Below, piece after piece: positions 53,101 to 63,162 of a DNA stretch of 64,000 bases. This DNA comes from Amphiscolops sp. MND2022. Taxonomy: Eukaryota. The stretch's first letter is position 1. Each line of letters starts with the position of its first letter. Location: contig OZ076409.1 in assembly GCA_964187785.1 (NCBI GenBank), forward strand, positions 45,510,001 to 45,574,000. Direction: 5' to 3'. The notes beneath the pieces are model-generated. The model ran no database searches and had not been told where the DNA came from. It was given only the letters and a program-made list of their open reading frames with translations. Position numbers and translations under genes: made by a program.

Positions 53101-56100
53101 TTGGTGAGGATACGTCTAAACACCGGAAAACCGCTAAAATCATTGCGTACAGTAGAATTAGGCCTATGTTTAATATGATTTTAGGCGTTTTTCCCCCACA
53201 AGAGTATTTTTATTAGAATAAGGCCTGAAATTAAAAAAAAAAGGTCCAAACTCTGCAATGACAACAAAAATCGATGAAAATACGTCTAAACACTGGAATA
53301 AATGGCTAACATCAATGCTTACAGTACAATTAGGCCTTTTTTTACCAAATTGAAGTGGTTTTAGGTGTTATTCCACCACTTTATTGATATTATCAGAATA
53401 AGGACTTTAATTAAATAAAAAAGGTCCAAACACTGGAAAAACGGCTAAAATCAACGCGTACAGTCGAATTTGACCGTTGTTTACCAAATTAAAATGATTT
53501 CAAGTTTTATTCCACCACTGAAATTATTTTTCCAAAACAAGGATCAAAATTTAAGAAAAGAGGTCCAAACTCTGGAATGACGACTAAAATCGATGAAGAC
53601 AGGTGCAAACACTAGAATAACGTCTAAGATCAATGCGTACAGTATAATTGGGCCTTGGTTTACCAAATTAAAATAACCTTAGGTGTTTTTCCTCCACTGA
53701 AGTGATTTTTCCAAAACAAGGACTAAAATTTAAGAAAAAAGGTCCAAACTCTGCAATAACAACTAAAATCGATGAGGATACGTCTAAGCACCGAGAAACC
53801 GCTAAAATCAATGCGTACAGTAGAATTTGACCGTGGTTTACCAAATTAAAATGATTTCAAGTTTTATTCCACCACTGAAATTGTTTTTCCAAAACAAGGA
53901 TCAAAATTTAAGAAAAGGGGTCCAATTTCTGGAATGACAACTAAATTCGATGAAGACAGGTCCAAACACTAAAATAACGTCTAAGATCAATGCGTACAGT
54001 ATAATTGAGCCTTGGTTTACCAAATTAAAGTAATTTTAAGTGTTATTCCTCCACTGAAGTGATTTTTCCAAAACAAGGACTAAAACCTAAGAAAAAAGGT
54101 CCAAACTCTGCAATAACAACTAAAATCGATGAGGATACCTCTAAACACCGGAAAACCGCTAAAATCAATGCGTACAGTAGAATTAGGCCTAAGTTTAATA
54201 TGATTTTAGGCGTTATTCCCCCACTAGAGTATTTTTATTTGAATAAGGACTGAAATTAAAGAAAAAAGGTCCAAACTCTGCAATGACAACAAAAATCGAT
54301 GAAAATACGTCTAAACACTGGAATAAATGGCTAACATCAATGCTTACAGTACAATTAGGCCTTGTTTTACCAAATCGAAGTGATTTTAGGTGTTATTCCA
54401 CCACCATAAGATATTTTCAGAATAAGGACTATATTTAAAGAAAAGAGGTCCAAACACTGGAATAACGCCTAAAATCAATCAGTACAATATAGTTTGGCCG
54501 TGGTTCACCAAAATAAAGTAACTTTAGGTGTTATTCCATCAGTGAAGTGATTTTTCCAAAACAAGGACTAAAACTTAAGAAAAAAGGTCCAAACACTGCA
54601 ATAACAACTAAAATCGATGAGGATACGTCTAAACACCGAAAAACCGCTAAAATCAATGCGTACAGTAGAATTTGACCGTGGTTTACCAAATTAAAATGAT
54701 TTCAAGTTTTATTCCACCACTGAAATTATTTTTCCAAAACAAGGACTAAAACTTAAGAAAAAAGGTCCAAACTCTGCAATGACAACAAAAATCGATGGAG
54801 ATACGTCTAAACACTAGAATAATGGCTAACATCAATGCTTACAGTACAATTAGGTCTTGTTTTACCAAATCAAAATGATTCCAGGTGTTATTCCACCACT
54901 ACAATGATATTATCAGAATAATGACTGAAACTAAAGAAAGAAGTCCAAACACTAGAATAACGGCTAAAATCAATGAGTACAGTATAATTTTACTGTGGTT
55001 TACCAAATTAAAATGATTTCAAAATTTATTCCACCACTGAAATTATTTTTCCAAAACAAGGATCAAAATTTAGGAAAAGAGGTCCAAACTCTGGAATGAC
55101 GACTAAAATCGATGAAGACAGGTCCAAACACTAGAATAACGTCTAAGATCAATGCGTACGGTATAATTGGGCCATGCCGTGGTTTACCAAACTAAAGTAA
55201 CTTTAGGTGTTATTCCTCCACTGAAGTGATTTTTCCAAAACAAGGACTAAAACTTAAAAAAAAAGGTCCAAACTCTGCAATAACAACTAAAATTGATGAA
55301 GATACGTCTAAACACCGGAAAACCGCTAAAATCAATGCGTAAAGTAGAATTTGACCGTGGTTTATCAAATTAAAATGATTTCAAGGTTTATTCCACCACT
55401 GAAATTGTTTTTCCAAAACAAGGATCAAAATTTAAGAAAAGAGGTCCAAAATCTGGAATGACGACTAAAATCGATGAAGACAGGTCCAAACATTAGAATA
55501 ACGACTAAGATCAATGCGTACGGTATAATTGGGCCTTGATTTACCAAATTAAAGTAACTTGAAGTGTTATTCCTCCACTGAAGTGATTTTTCCAACACAA
55601 GGACTAAAACTTAAGCAAAAAGGTCCAAACTCTGCAATAACAACTAAAATCGATGAGGATATGTCTAAGCACCGAAAAACCGCTAAAATCAATGCGTACA
55701 GTAGAATTTGACCGTGGTTTACCAAATTAAAATGATTTCAAGTTTTATTCCACAACTGAAATTATTTTTCCAAAACAAGGATCAAAACTTAAGAAAAAAG
55801 GTCCAATTTCTGGAATGACAACTAAAATCGATGAAGACAGGTCCAAACACTAAAATAACGTCTAAGATCAATGCGTACAGTATAATTGAGCCTTGGTTTA
55901 CCAAATAAAAGTAACTTTAGGTGTTATTCCTCCACTGAAGTGATTTTTCCAAAACAAGGACTAAAACTTAAGAAAAAAGGTCCAAACTCTGCAATAACAA
56001 CTAAAATCGCTGAGGATACGTCTAAACACCGGAAAACCGCTAAAATCAAGGCGTACAGTAGAATTAGGCCTAAGTTTAATATGATTTTAGGCGTTAATCC

Positions 56101-57433
56101 CCCACTAGAGTATTTTTATTTGAATAAGGACTGAAATTAAAGAAAAAAGGTCCAAACTCTGCAATGACAACAAAAATCGATGAAGATACGTCTGGAATAA
56201 ATGGCTAACATCAATGCTTACAGTACAATTAGGCCTTGTTTTACCAAATCAAAGTGATTTTAGGTGTTATTCCACCACTATAAAGATATTATCAGAATAA
56301 GGACTTTAATTAAAGAAAAGAGGTCCAAACACTGGAATAACGGCTAAAATCAATCAGTACAGTATAGTTTGGCCGTCGTTCACCAAAATAAAGTAACTTT
56401 AGGTGTTATTCCATCAGTGAAGTGATTTTTCCAAAACAAGGACTGAAAATTAGAAAGGACCAAACTCTAGAATAACGGCTAAACTCAATGCGTGCAGTAT
56501 AAGTTGGCCTCGGTTTACCAAATTAAAGTAACTTTGGGTGTTATTCCTCCACTGAAGTGATTTTTCCAAAAAAGGACTAATATCTAAAAAAAGGTCCAAA
56601 CACCGCAATAACAACTAAAATTGATGAGGATACGTCTAAATCCTGGAATAATGGCTAACATCAGAGCTTACAGTACAATTAGGCCTTGTTTGTCTAAATC
56701 AAAGTGATTTTCGGTGTTTTTCTACCACCATAACATATTATAATCAGAATAAGTGCAATAATTAAAGAAAAAAGGTCCAAACACTGGAATAACGGCTAAA
56801 ATCAATCATTACAGTATAATTTGGCCGTGGTTCACCAAAATAAAGTAATTTTAGGTGTTATTCCACCGGTGAAGTGATTTTTCCAAAACAAGGACTGAAA
56901 CTTAAGAAAAAAGATCCAAACTCTGCAATGACAACAAAAATCGATGATGATACGTCTAAACACTGGAATAATGGCTAACATCAATGCTTACAGTACAATT
57001 AGGTCTTGCTTTACCAAATCAAAATGATTTTAGATGTTATTCCACCACTATATTGATTTTATCAGAATAAGGACTATAATTAAAGAAAAAAGGTCCAAAC
57101 ACTGGAATAACGGCAAAAATCAATGCCTACAGTATAATTGGGCCTTGGTTTACCAAACTAAAGTGATTTTGGGTGTTATTCCACCACTGAAGTGATTTTG
57201 CTAAAACAAGGAAAAACAATTTAAGAAAAAAAAGGTCCAAACCCTGGAATAACAACTAAAGTCGATGAAGTTACGACTAAACAGTTTTTCTATACTATCT
57301 TTTATGTTTTTTTTTTCATTTTAGATTGTATGAACTCCGTTGCGATCACTAAGTTAAATATAATCTTTAATGTTTTCATTTTGGTGTGGAGAAGAAAGAA
57401 ATGATCATATTTGCGAAAATGTTTTTGTTTCAG

Positions 57434-57632
57434 ATTTAGACTAGTATGGAAATTTCAGAAGATGAAACCGGAAGCAGAAAATACGGTTAGATGTGAAAAC
57501 ATTAGACCGAAAGATTCAGCTATCCTAGAATTATTTCAAAAAATATTCCGTAGTGCTTACGTTAGATTTCGTGTTTTTAAAATTATCTACAAGTAATTTG
57601 GCTGAACTGTAACTAGAATTAAACTAAATAAA
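57434..57632 (+). other. Possible terminal exon of a spliced gene truncated at the satellite edge
   Basis: A pyrimidine-rich acceptor TTTTTGTTTCAG ends at 57433, followed by an open frame (FRLVWKFQKMKPEAENTVRCENIRPKDSAILELFQKIF...) to a stop at 57596 and AATAAA at 57627-57632. No homology recognised. Confidence 0.3.
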
Positions 57633-57690
57633 GTCAAGTTTACCAGTACTTGTAGTAGCCTCTTCCATGTCCTCTCCCGAAGCCTGGTAT

Positions 57691-58345
57691 TCAAGAGCAG
57701 CATAAGAAACTGCCACCGGGAGCGGGTCGCGACAGAATCCCTCTCGCACGAAGCGCTTGCACAGCGTGGCAGTGGCGTATTGCTCGGGTGATTGATACTG
57801 GCTGTTGCCTGGGTTTCATTACTCTTGTAGGGCGATGACATCGACCACGGCCAATTGTCGCATAAAATTCCCTATCTTCCAGCTCTAGTCTATACATTGC
57901 TTTCATTACTTTGAGTGAGGGCTCGTCCAGGTCATTCAGCTCGTTTTCTTCGTCGCTAACTCACTTTCAGCTGAGAGAATGATAGAAATTTTTCTTGGTA
58001 CTGGAGCGCGCCGCAGAGGAGGGTGTTGCCGTGGCGTCTCTGGTTCTTCAAAGTAGTCGTCTTCCGAGTCAGTATCCAGTTCATTCCCGATGCAAACGTG
58101 ATTTTGGCATTTTGTTTTTTGATAGGTGTATTTCCGATCTTCTTCGGTGATCAGCCGGATTCGAAGGTAGAAGCGGAGAAGGTTGACGAATCTAGGTCGG
58201 CTTCGCTGCCTCTCCAAACTTCTACGGGGGAGTCGCTTAGGTTTAGCGTTCGGACCATTTTGACTGGGATGGTCTTTATAGCCGTGCTATATCTTTGATT
58301 TTCTTCATCAGACGAAATGTCTATGACTAAGGCGTAATTGTCCAT
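57691..58345 (-). pseudogene. Frameshifted acidic, probably disordered protein with an N-terminal SIM-like motif; function unknown
   Basis: Three successive frames link through two frameshifts: MDNYALVIDISSDEENQRY...STFES / RLITEEDRKY...DTDSEDDYFEEPETPRQHPPLRRAP...IILSAES / VSDEENELNDLDEPSLKVMKAMYRLELEDREFYATIGRGR... Real ATG start and consistent composition throughout. Confidence 0.5.
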
Positions 58346-58399
58346 TTCAGTTCAGGTTAAAACTGTTTTCCTTTTCTTTCCTTTAAATTGTAGAGGTTT

Positions 58400-58640
58400 C
58401 AAGATAATTTAGTCAAGCTGTTCGCAAGTGGAATTGGACGACAAATGAACGTTTCAGTTTCCTTTTTTTCCCGTGATTTTACTGACTTTTTATTGGCTGT
58501 CATCCCTTCTTCGTTCCGGTCCGCCTTGACAGCTTGAAACCGTTCTATTCCCGTTTGAGCTGTGATTGGCCAAAAACGGGAAAAAATTGATTTAATCTTC
58601 ATTTTCTTCAGCTACGTTGTTATGACGTCATCAGCTTCTC
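58400..58640. promoter_or_regulatory. Candidate bidirectional RNA Pol II promoter
   Basis: Lies between divergent ATGs (58345 on -, 58936 on +). ATTGG (reverse CCAAT) at 58433, 58492 and 58565; TTCCGGT (ETS core) at 58514-58520; palindromic ATGACGTCAT (CRE) at 58622-58631. Confidence 0.5.
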
Positions 58641-60088
58641 TTCGGAGGAGTTACGTCCTTGCGACGTTTCTTTGAAATGACTTCCCTTTAAATCTTTCCT
58701 TCAAAACTTTTTGATGACTTCTGATTCATCCGTAGGGTTTTTGGAAACGTTTTGTTCTGTCAATGCCATAATAGGCTTTGGATGAAGTTGAAGAGTTTAT
58801 AATTTTTAAAATACGCAAGGATAACGTTGTTAATTTTCTTTAATTACTGTTTTTGTTGTAAATTTCTTGGTTTTCTTCTTATTTTCTTTCTTCTTTTAGA
58901 TTCTTTGACGATTTCATTGTTCTCTGTTTGTGGAGATGGAAAACGAAGAGTCCGAACGTCCTGCCACCGTAGCCACTGGCTTTGTGAGTGGTAATGAAAC
59001 TGGTTACAATTATTCCGAAGATGACGTGGTGCATTCGGGAGGAGTGATTGGGATGTCCACTTCAGGTTGGTAAAATTTGTCCGACTTCCATGGGTATTTG
59101 GACTGTTTTTTTTGTGATCAGCCTGATAGTCTTACCCGATCTTCTGACGCTTCTGAATCCGGATCTTGATTTTCAGTACCTCAATCTGGTAGTTCTTTCG
59201 CTGTTCCCGGAATGGTTACGGATATTTCTACTGCTGTGTTGCCACCGGCTGTTACTTGGCTGTCAATTGGTTCTCCACCAGGATTTGGAGCTTCTTCCGA
59301 AAAGGCTACAAACCTTGAGACTCCTGAGCTTTTCCTTCCTATTAAGGATATCGTTGGATCTAGTTCTCGGACCCATTCTCGAGATTGAGTCTCATGGAGG
59401 TGAGACGGATTCCCCCTCCGAAGAAGGAACGGGTTTATGTGGTATTCGATGTAGGTTTGTGCAACTAAAGGAATGAATGGAGAGTGTGATGTTGTTGTTT
59501 AGGGTCCCCCGCACGTCGGGGTCGAACTCAGTTCGTGAGTTTTGCAACGCCTCCCAAACGTGTTAAGGGAAACGCACTGCCTCCTCGCCCACCATTGACT
59601 CCTGCCCCACGAGCGAGGATTAGTTAGTATTATATTGTTGTATTGGTAAAATTGTTTGGGGTGAACAATCGTTTGGGAAGTGATTAAGTGGGTGCTATGT
59701 TTATAGGTTATGACGATGACTTGCTAGGGCTGGGTCTGAGTCCGAGGAATTTGATGCGCCTGAGTCAGCAGATTGTCGAAGAGGTTGATACGTGGACTTC
59801 GCGGACTATTCGAAATTTTTTGTTTTTTTGTTTATCATTGTTGTGGCACCTTTGTTGTGTGTTGATTTCGGAGTTGTTTGTATCTTTTGTTTCGTTGATA
59901 TTATGTAGTTTGTATGTTGTTGTAGGCTTCAGTGAATTGACTGTGAGGGTGGCTGAGCATGTTGGATCTCAACCAAGGATGAAAAATACAGCCGCACGAA
60001 TATGTTGCATAGACGTATGTTGGATTCGCACCCTGCATATCGCGACTTTGTGAGTGGTTCAAAGACCGGAGCTGGGACGCACTTTCAT

Positions 60089-60169
60089 TGTCTTGTGTGT
60101 AGGCGCGACGTGGCCATGAGAGCGCATGGATCGCGAGAATTTGCTTGTCATTTTCAATCTGACGCTCAT
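60089..60169 (+). other. C2H2-type zinc finger (BED/TTF/U1-like spacing)
   Basis: FHCLVCRRDVAMRAHGSREFACHFQSDAHW within ORF 60002-60514. Confidence 0.75.
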
Positions 60170-60505
60170 TGGCTCAAAGATGTCGTGTATCGCGTTCACA
60201 TGGGTATGCCGGTGCTGAATAGGCTGATGGAGCCCACGGATTTGAGTGAGAAGCAACTCGCCGAATACCGTGCGCAGCCTTTCGTGGAACTGGGCGAGGG
60301 GTATTCTTTTCCCGAGGAGCTGCTTCCGAAACACTGTCGTGTGGGTTCGAGGATTCCATTTATGACGTTCGTGGACTGTCTATGTGATCTGTTACGTTGT
60401 GGAGGAGACTTCGATCTAGTTCGGCAACTCTGGACCCATTTCTGTCTTTCGTTGGACAAACAGAAGGCTGAATTTTATTTGAGTTGGAGTCGGTCTGAGA
60501 GTGTG

Positions 60506-60650
60506 GTAAGTTAGGAATTCCCTTTTTTCTCTTTGTCTTTTTTACTCTCATTCCCCTCTTCCTCTTTTTTCCTCTTTTGTTTTTTTTTCGTTGGGGTTCC
60601 AATCTGGGGCGTTGATAGTTGCCTGTAATCGTTTTTGCTTGTTGTTTCAG
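60506..60650 (+). other. Spliceosomal GT-AG intron (145 bp)
   Basis: GTG|GTAAGT donor, T-rich interior and TTGTTGTTTCAG acceptor. Phase 0 on both sides joins ORFs 60002 and 60591 in frame. Confidence 0.8.
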
Positions 60651-61311
60651 TCATTCTTTTGCCAAGGCTTTGCTCCTCGAGTGGTCCGTTTGGTAATTAA
60701 TGCAGGAAGACCTCTTCAGTTCAAAGATTACATTACGTTCAAAGTTTACAGTGTGCAATTTGAGAAGGTCGATTCGTGGAACACTGCTAGGTTCTTTTCT
60801 GGGCAACTCAAAAACGTTTGTGTAGAGAGTGAGTTACTCGATGAGCCCGTCCCGACTGCGGAATTAGTGCCTTTGTCGCGACTTATTCACTGCTTGGAGT
60901 CGAAACAGATGCCACTTGCCATTCGTGGGTCTAGTCCTAGTTTTTTACGAGTGCTGGGCGATAATCGTACTGATGATCGCCATTTCATAGTATATCAGGA
61001 ATTTACTGACGAGGTCTTCCTGCAGTGTGTTTGGCAGGCCCATGAGGGCATATTCGGGATGGTGGAAGTTACTACCATCGTAGAATATGTTGTTCATTGT
61101 CTCAGAAGTGCAGTGTATGAGGAATGGACTGAAAATAAGATCGTGCTGCGCCGATGTCTCCGAAAGGGGTCCGTGGACTTCAATGAGTATCGTGAGTTGC
61201 TGACGGACTCAATTGAACTTTGACCATTAGTTCGTCCCAACATCCGTTGTGCTGTGAATCCAGAAGCTCGTGGCAAATCAGCTAGTGTTAGTATAATATT
61301 CGAAATATGTG

Positions 61312-61511
61312 NNNNNNNNNNNNNNNNNNNNNNNNNNNNNNNNNNNNNNNNNNNNNNNNNNNNNNNNNNNNNNNNNNNNNNNNNNNNNNNNNNNNNNNNN
61401 NNNNNNNNNNNNNNNNNNNNNNNNNNNNNNNNNNNNNNNNNNNNNNNNNNNNNNNNNNNNNNNNNNNNNNNNNNNNNNNNNNNNNNNNNNNNNNNNNNNN
61501 NNNNNNNNNNN
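61312..61511. other. Assembly gap (exactly 200 N)
   Basis: A round-number run of N, typical of a scaffold join of unknown true size. Confidence 0.97.
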
Positions 61512-63162
61512 TTCCAGATGTTGGGGTCAGATTGGCATTTAATTGCTGCTAAAAAGATCGTGCAACGCTTTGGCTTGCTGCGGTTTGTCCTCGATACTTG
61601 TGAGTATGATGTTTTGATTTTTCTGATTGTTTCCGTTTGGTTCGATTTGTGTCCGTAGTATTTGAATTGTGTTTCTTTTGTGTTATCCGTCTGGTTTCTG
61701 CTTATTCTTTCTTGGTAGTTTTGATGTTGTTTTCGATCACTTAAATTTCGTGAAGATGCGTCAGCAGCGGAGTGATTACGGATTTCATGGGTACAATGAG
61801 ATGTGCCACTTTTTCTACTGTCTGTTGTTGAAAACTCGCGTACCATTGTCGTTTCCTGGCATTCATGATTGGGAGGACTACATGGATGTGCTGAAAGTTT
61901 CCGTTTATGCCTTTTCTTCAATGGATACTTTTTTGGACAACTGTGATTTCGGTCGCGAGTTACTTGCGTTGAAAACAACTGGGGCTCAGGAGTTCCGCGT
62001 ACATTGTCGTTAGTTTTTGGACCAATTGATTACAATTGTGCTAAACAGTCCTAGTGTGTCTTCGAAGATTACGAAAGGGCTCTGTAGTTCCAGTCCTGAG
62101 ATTTTGTTGGAAGGTGACGAGCATGCCGTTTTTTCATTCTTTGCTGATCTGGCGAAAGTGCTGGTTACATGTGGGGTGTTATCTTCTGACGAGTCGAATG
62201 CTGCTGTTACTCAGTTCAGTAGTTATGTTGTGAAGAAGTGGAGATTGCACGATAGATCAGATATCAATGCTAGTGAGATTCCAGATATTGTTCAGTACTT
62301 GCGATTTTAGTTTTACTGGTCGTCCAGAAGTTTGTCGCGTATTGAAATTGTGTTGCCTAGTCGTTGGTTTGCCTCGCGTTACCTACCCTCCAGTGTCTTT
62401 TGATTTGAGTGGTAGTTCGTTAAGTGAAGCTGCTTCCCAGTGTTGTCTACGATTAGTACAGTCCTACGTGATGAATGCGGGATTTGAACACCAGCAGTTC
62501 TTTACTGATTTGATTCTGGATGCCGTCCGTGATGCTATTGCAGATGCTGGTTTGTTTTATGTTACTCCTGGGTTCGACGTCTGAACTATTGTGATCCTGT
62601 TGTTGAGTCCTTTATTTCCGACTACCAGAAGTTATACAGTTCGTTTTTACAGGAGCAACGTAGTTCTTCCGAAGCTTATTATGTGGGATGTAACAAAGCT
62701 AAGAGACTTGCTCGTTCCAATATTGGGGCTTCCGGATCGGAAACAGGTAGTACCATTAGTGCTACTTCCAAAAAGATGAAGGATGGAGCCTCATCGTCTC
62801 GCGGTGTTGCATCTACATCAAAACCCGTAAGCAAGAGCGAGGGGCAGTCTGGTACGCTGAAGAAACCGGAGGGTAGTAAGAAGCAAATTAAGGGTTCCAG
62901 TGAAGAAAGAGACCCTGATGTCCATCATCGTGTCAAGTGGCATAAAAACTGTTACAGGCTTTGTTGTTTCGTTTTTATGTGCTTCTTTGATAATCTTGAG
63001 TTATTTTATTGTATACTTTGTCTGTTGAGGCACATTTGTTTTCCGTCGGATTTACTTTAGATTAGACAGTTCGAAAAAATTTAACGTGGTCACTCCGGTT
63101 CGGTTTAGTGTGCTGGTTTTTTTCAGTTAGTTCTGAGTTTGACGTGAGTCTTCCGTAGTACC

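Larger units (their letters stand above)
12577..57283 (+). repeat. Satellite DNA array, right segment (mix of ~178 bp and ~139 bp monomers)
   Basis: Same family and orientation as 1-12023. GGTCC anchors at 41440, 41579, 41757, 41896 give spacings 139/178/139. The last recognisable satellite sequence is ...GTCGATGAAGTTACGACTAAACA at ~57283. Confidence 0.98.
58936..62950 (+). pseudogene. Multi-exon, degenerate zinc-finger protein resembling a diverged hAT-superfamily transposase; end approximate
   Basis: Ser/Pro-rich N-terminus from ATG 58936 with in-frame stops. Zinc finger C-x2-C-x16-H-x5-H at 60089-60169. In-frame intron 60506 (GTAAGT) to 60650 (TTTCAG) joins ...WSRSESV|SFFCQG... Further splice signals at 58899, 59623, 59706, 59925, 61600 and 61718. 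The C-terminal segments EFRVHCR*FLDQLITIVLNSPS...LCSSSPEIL, AAVTQFSSYV and PEVCRVLKLCCLVV resemble the helical and dimerisation region of invertebrate hAT-like transposases (by eye). Lys/Ser-rich tail. Stops at 61221 and 62011; frameshifts near 62300 and 62583. Confidence 0.6.

Noticed and set aside
1029..56134. About 45 short ORFs (60-108 aa) within the satellite, many hydrophobic and near-identical, resembling a small membrane-peptide family
   Set aside because: They are translations of the repeat itself. The T-rich - strand gives Phe/Leu/Ile and the A-rich + strand gives Lys. Most start at non-ATG codons, and frames break freely between monomers. Used only as HOR markers.
1..57283. CRISPR-like array
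   Set aside because: There are no unique spacers because the whole unit is repeated. No cas genes are present and the context is eukaryotic.
1..57283. Canonical CENP-B box (TTCG....A..CGGG)
   Set aside because: Not seen in the monomer consensus on either strand by eye.
59048..59476. 142 aa Leu-rich + strand ORF as a separate membrane protein
   Set aside because: It has a non-ATG start and is an alternative frame of the Ser/Pro-rich first coding exon that begins at ATG 58936.
60059..60602. Overlapping - strand ORFs (60059, 60174, 60196, 60360)
   Set aside because: They are antisense shadows of the zinc-finger exon and of a pyrimidine-rich intron, which explains the Lys/Arg run.
61094..61978. 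294 aa - strand ORF and other ORFs spanning the N run
   Set aside because: They are open largely because of 200 Ns, and this one is antisense to the better supported + strand gene.
58346..63100. Autonomous hAT DNA transposon with TIRs and an 8 bp TSD
   Set aside because: No terminal inverted repeats or TSD were recognised around the gene, the reading frame is disrupted and catalytic motifs are not evident.
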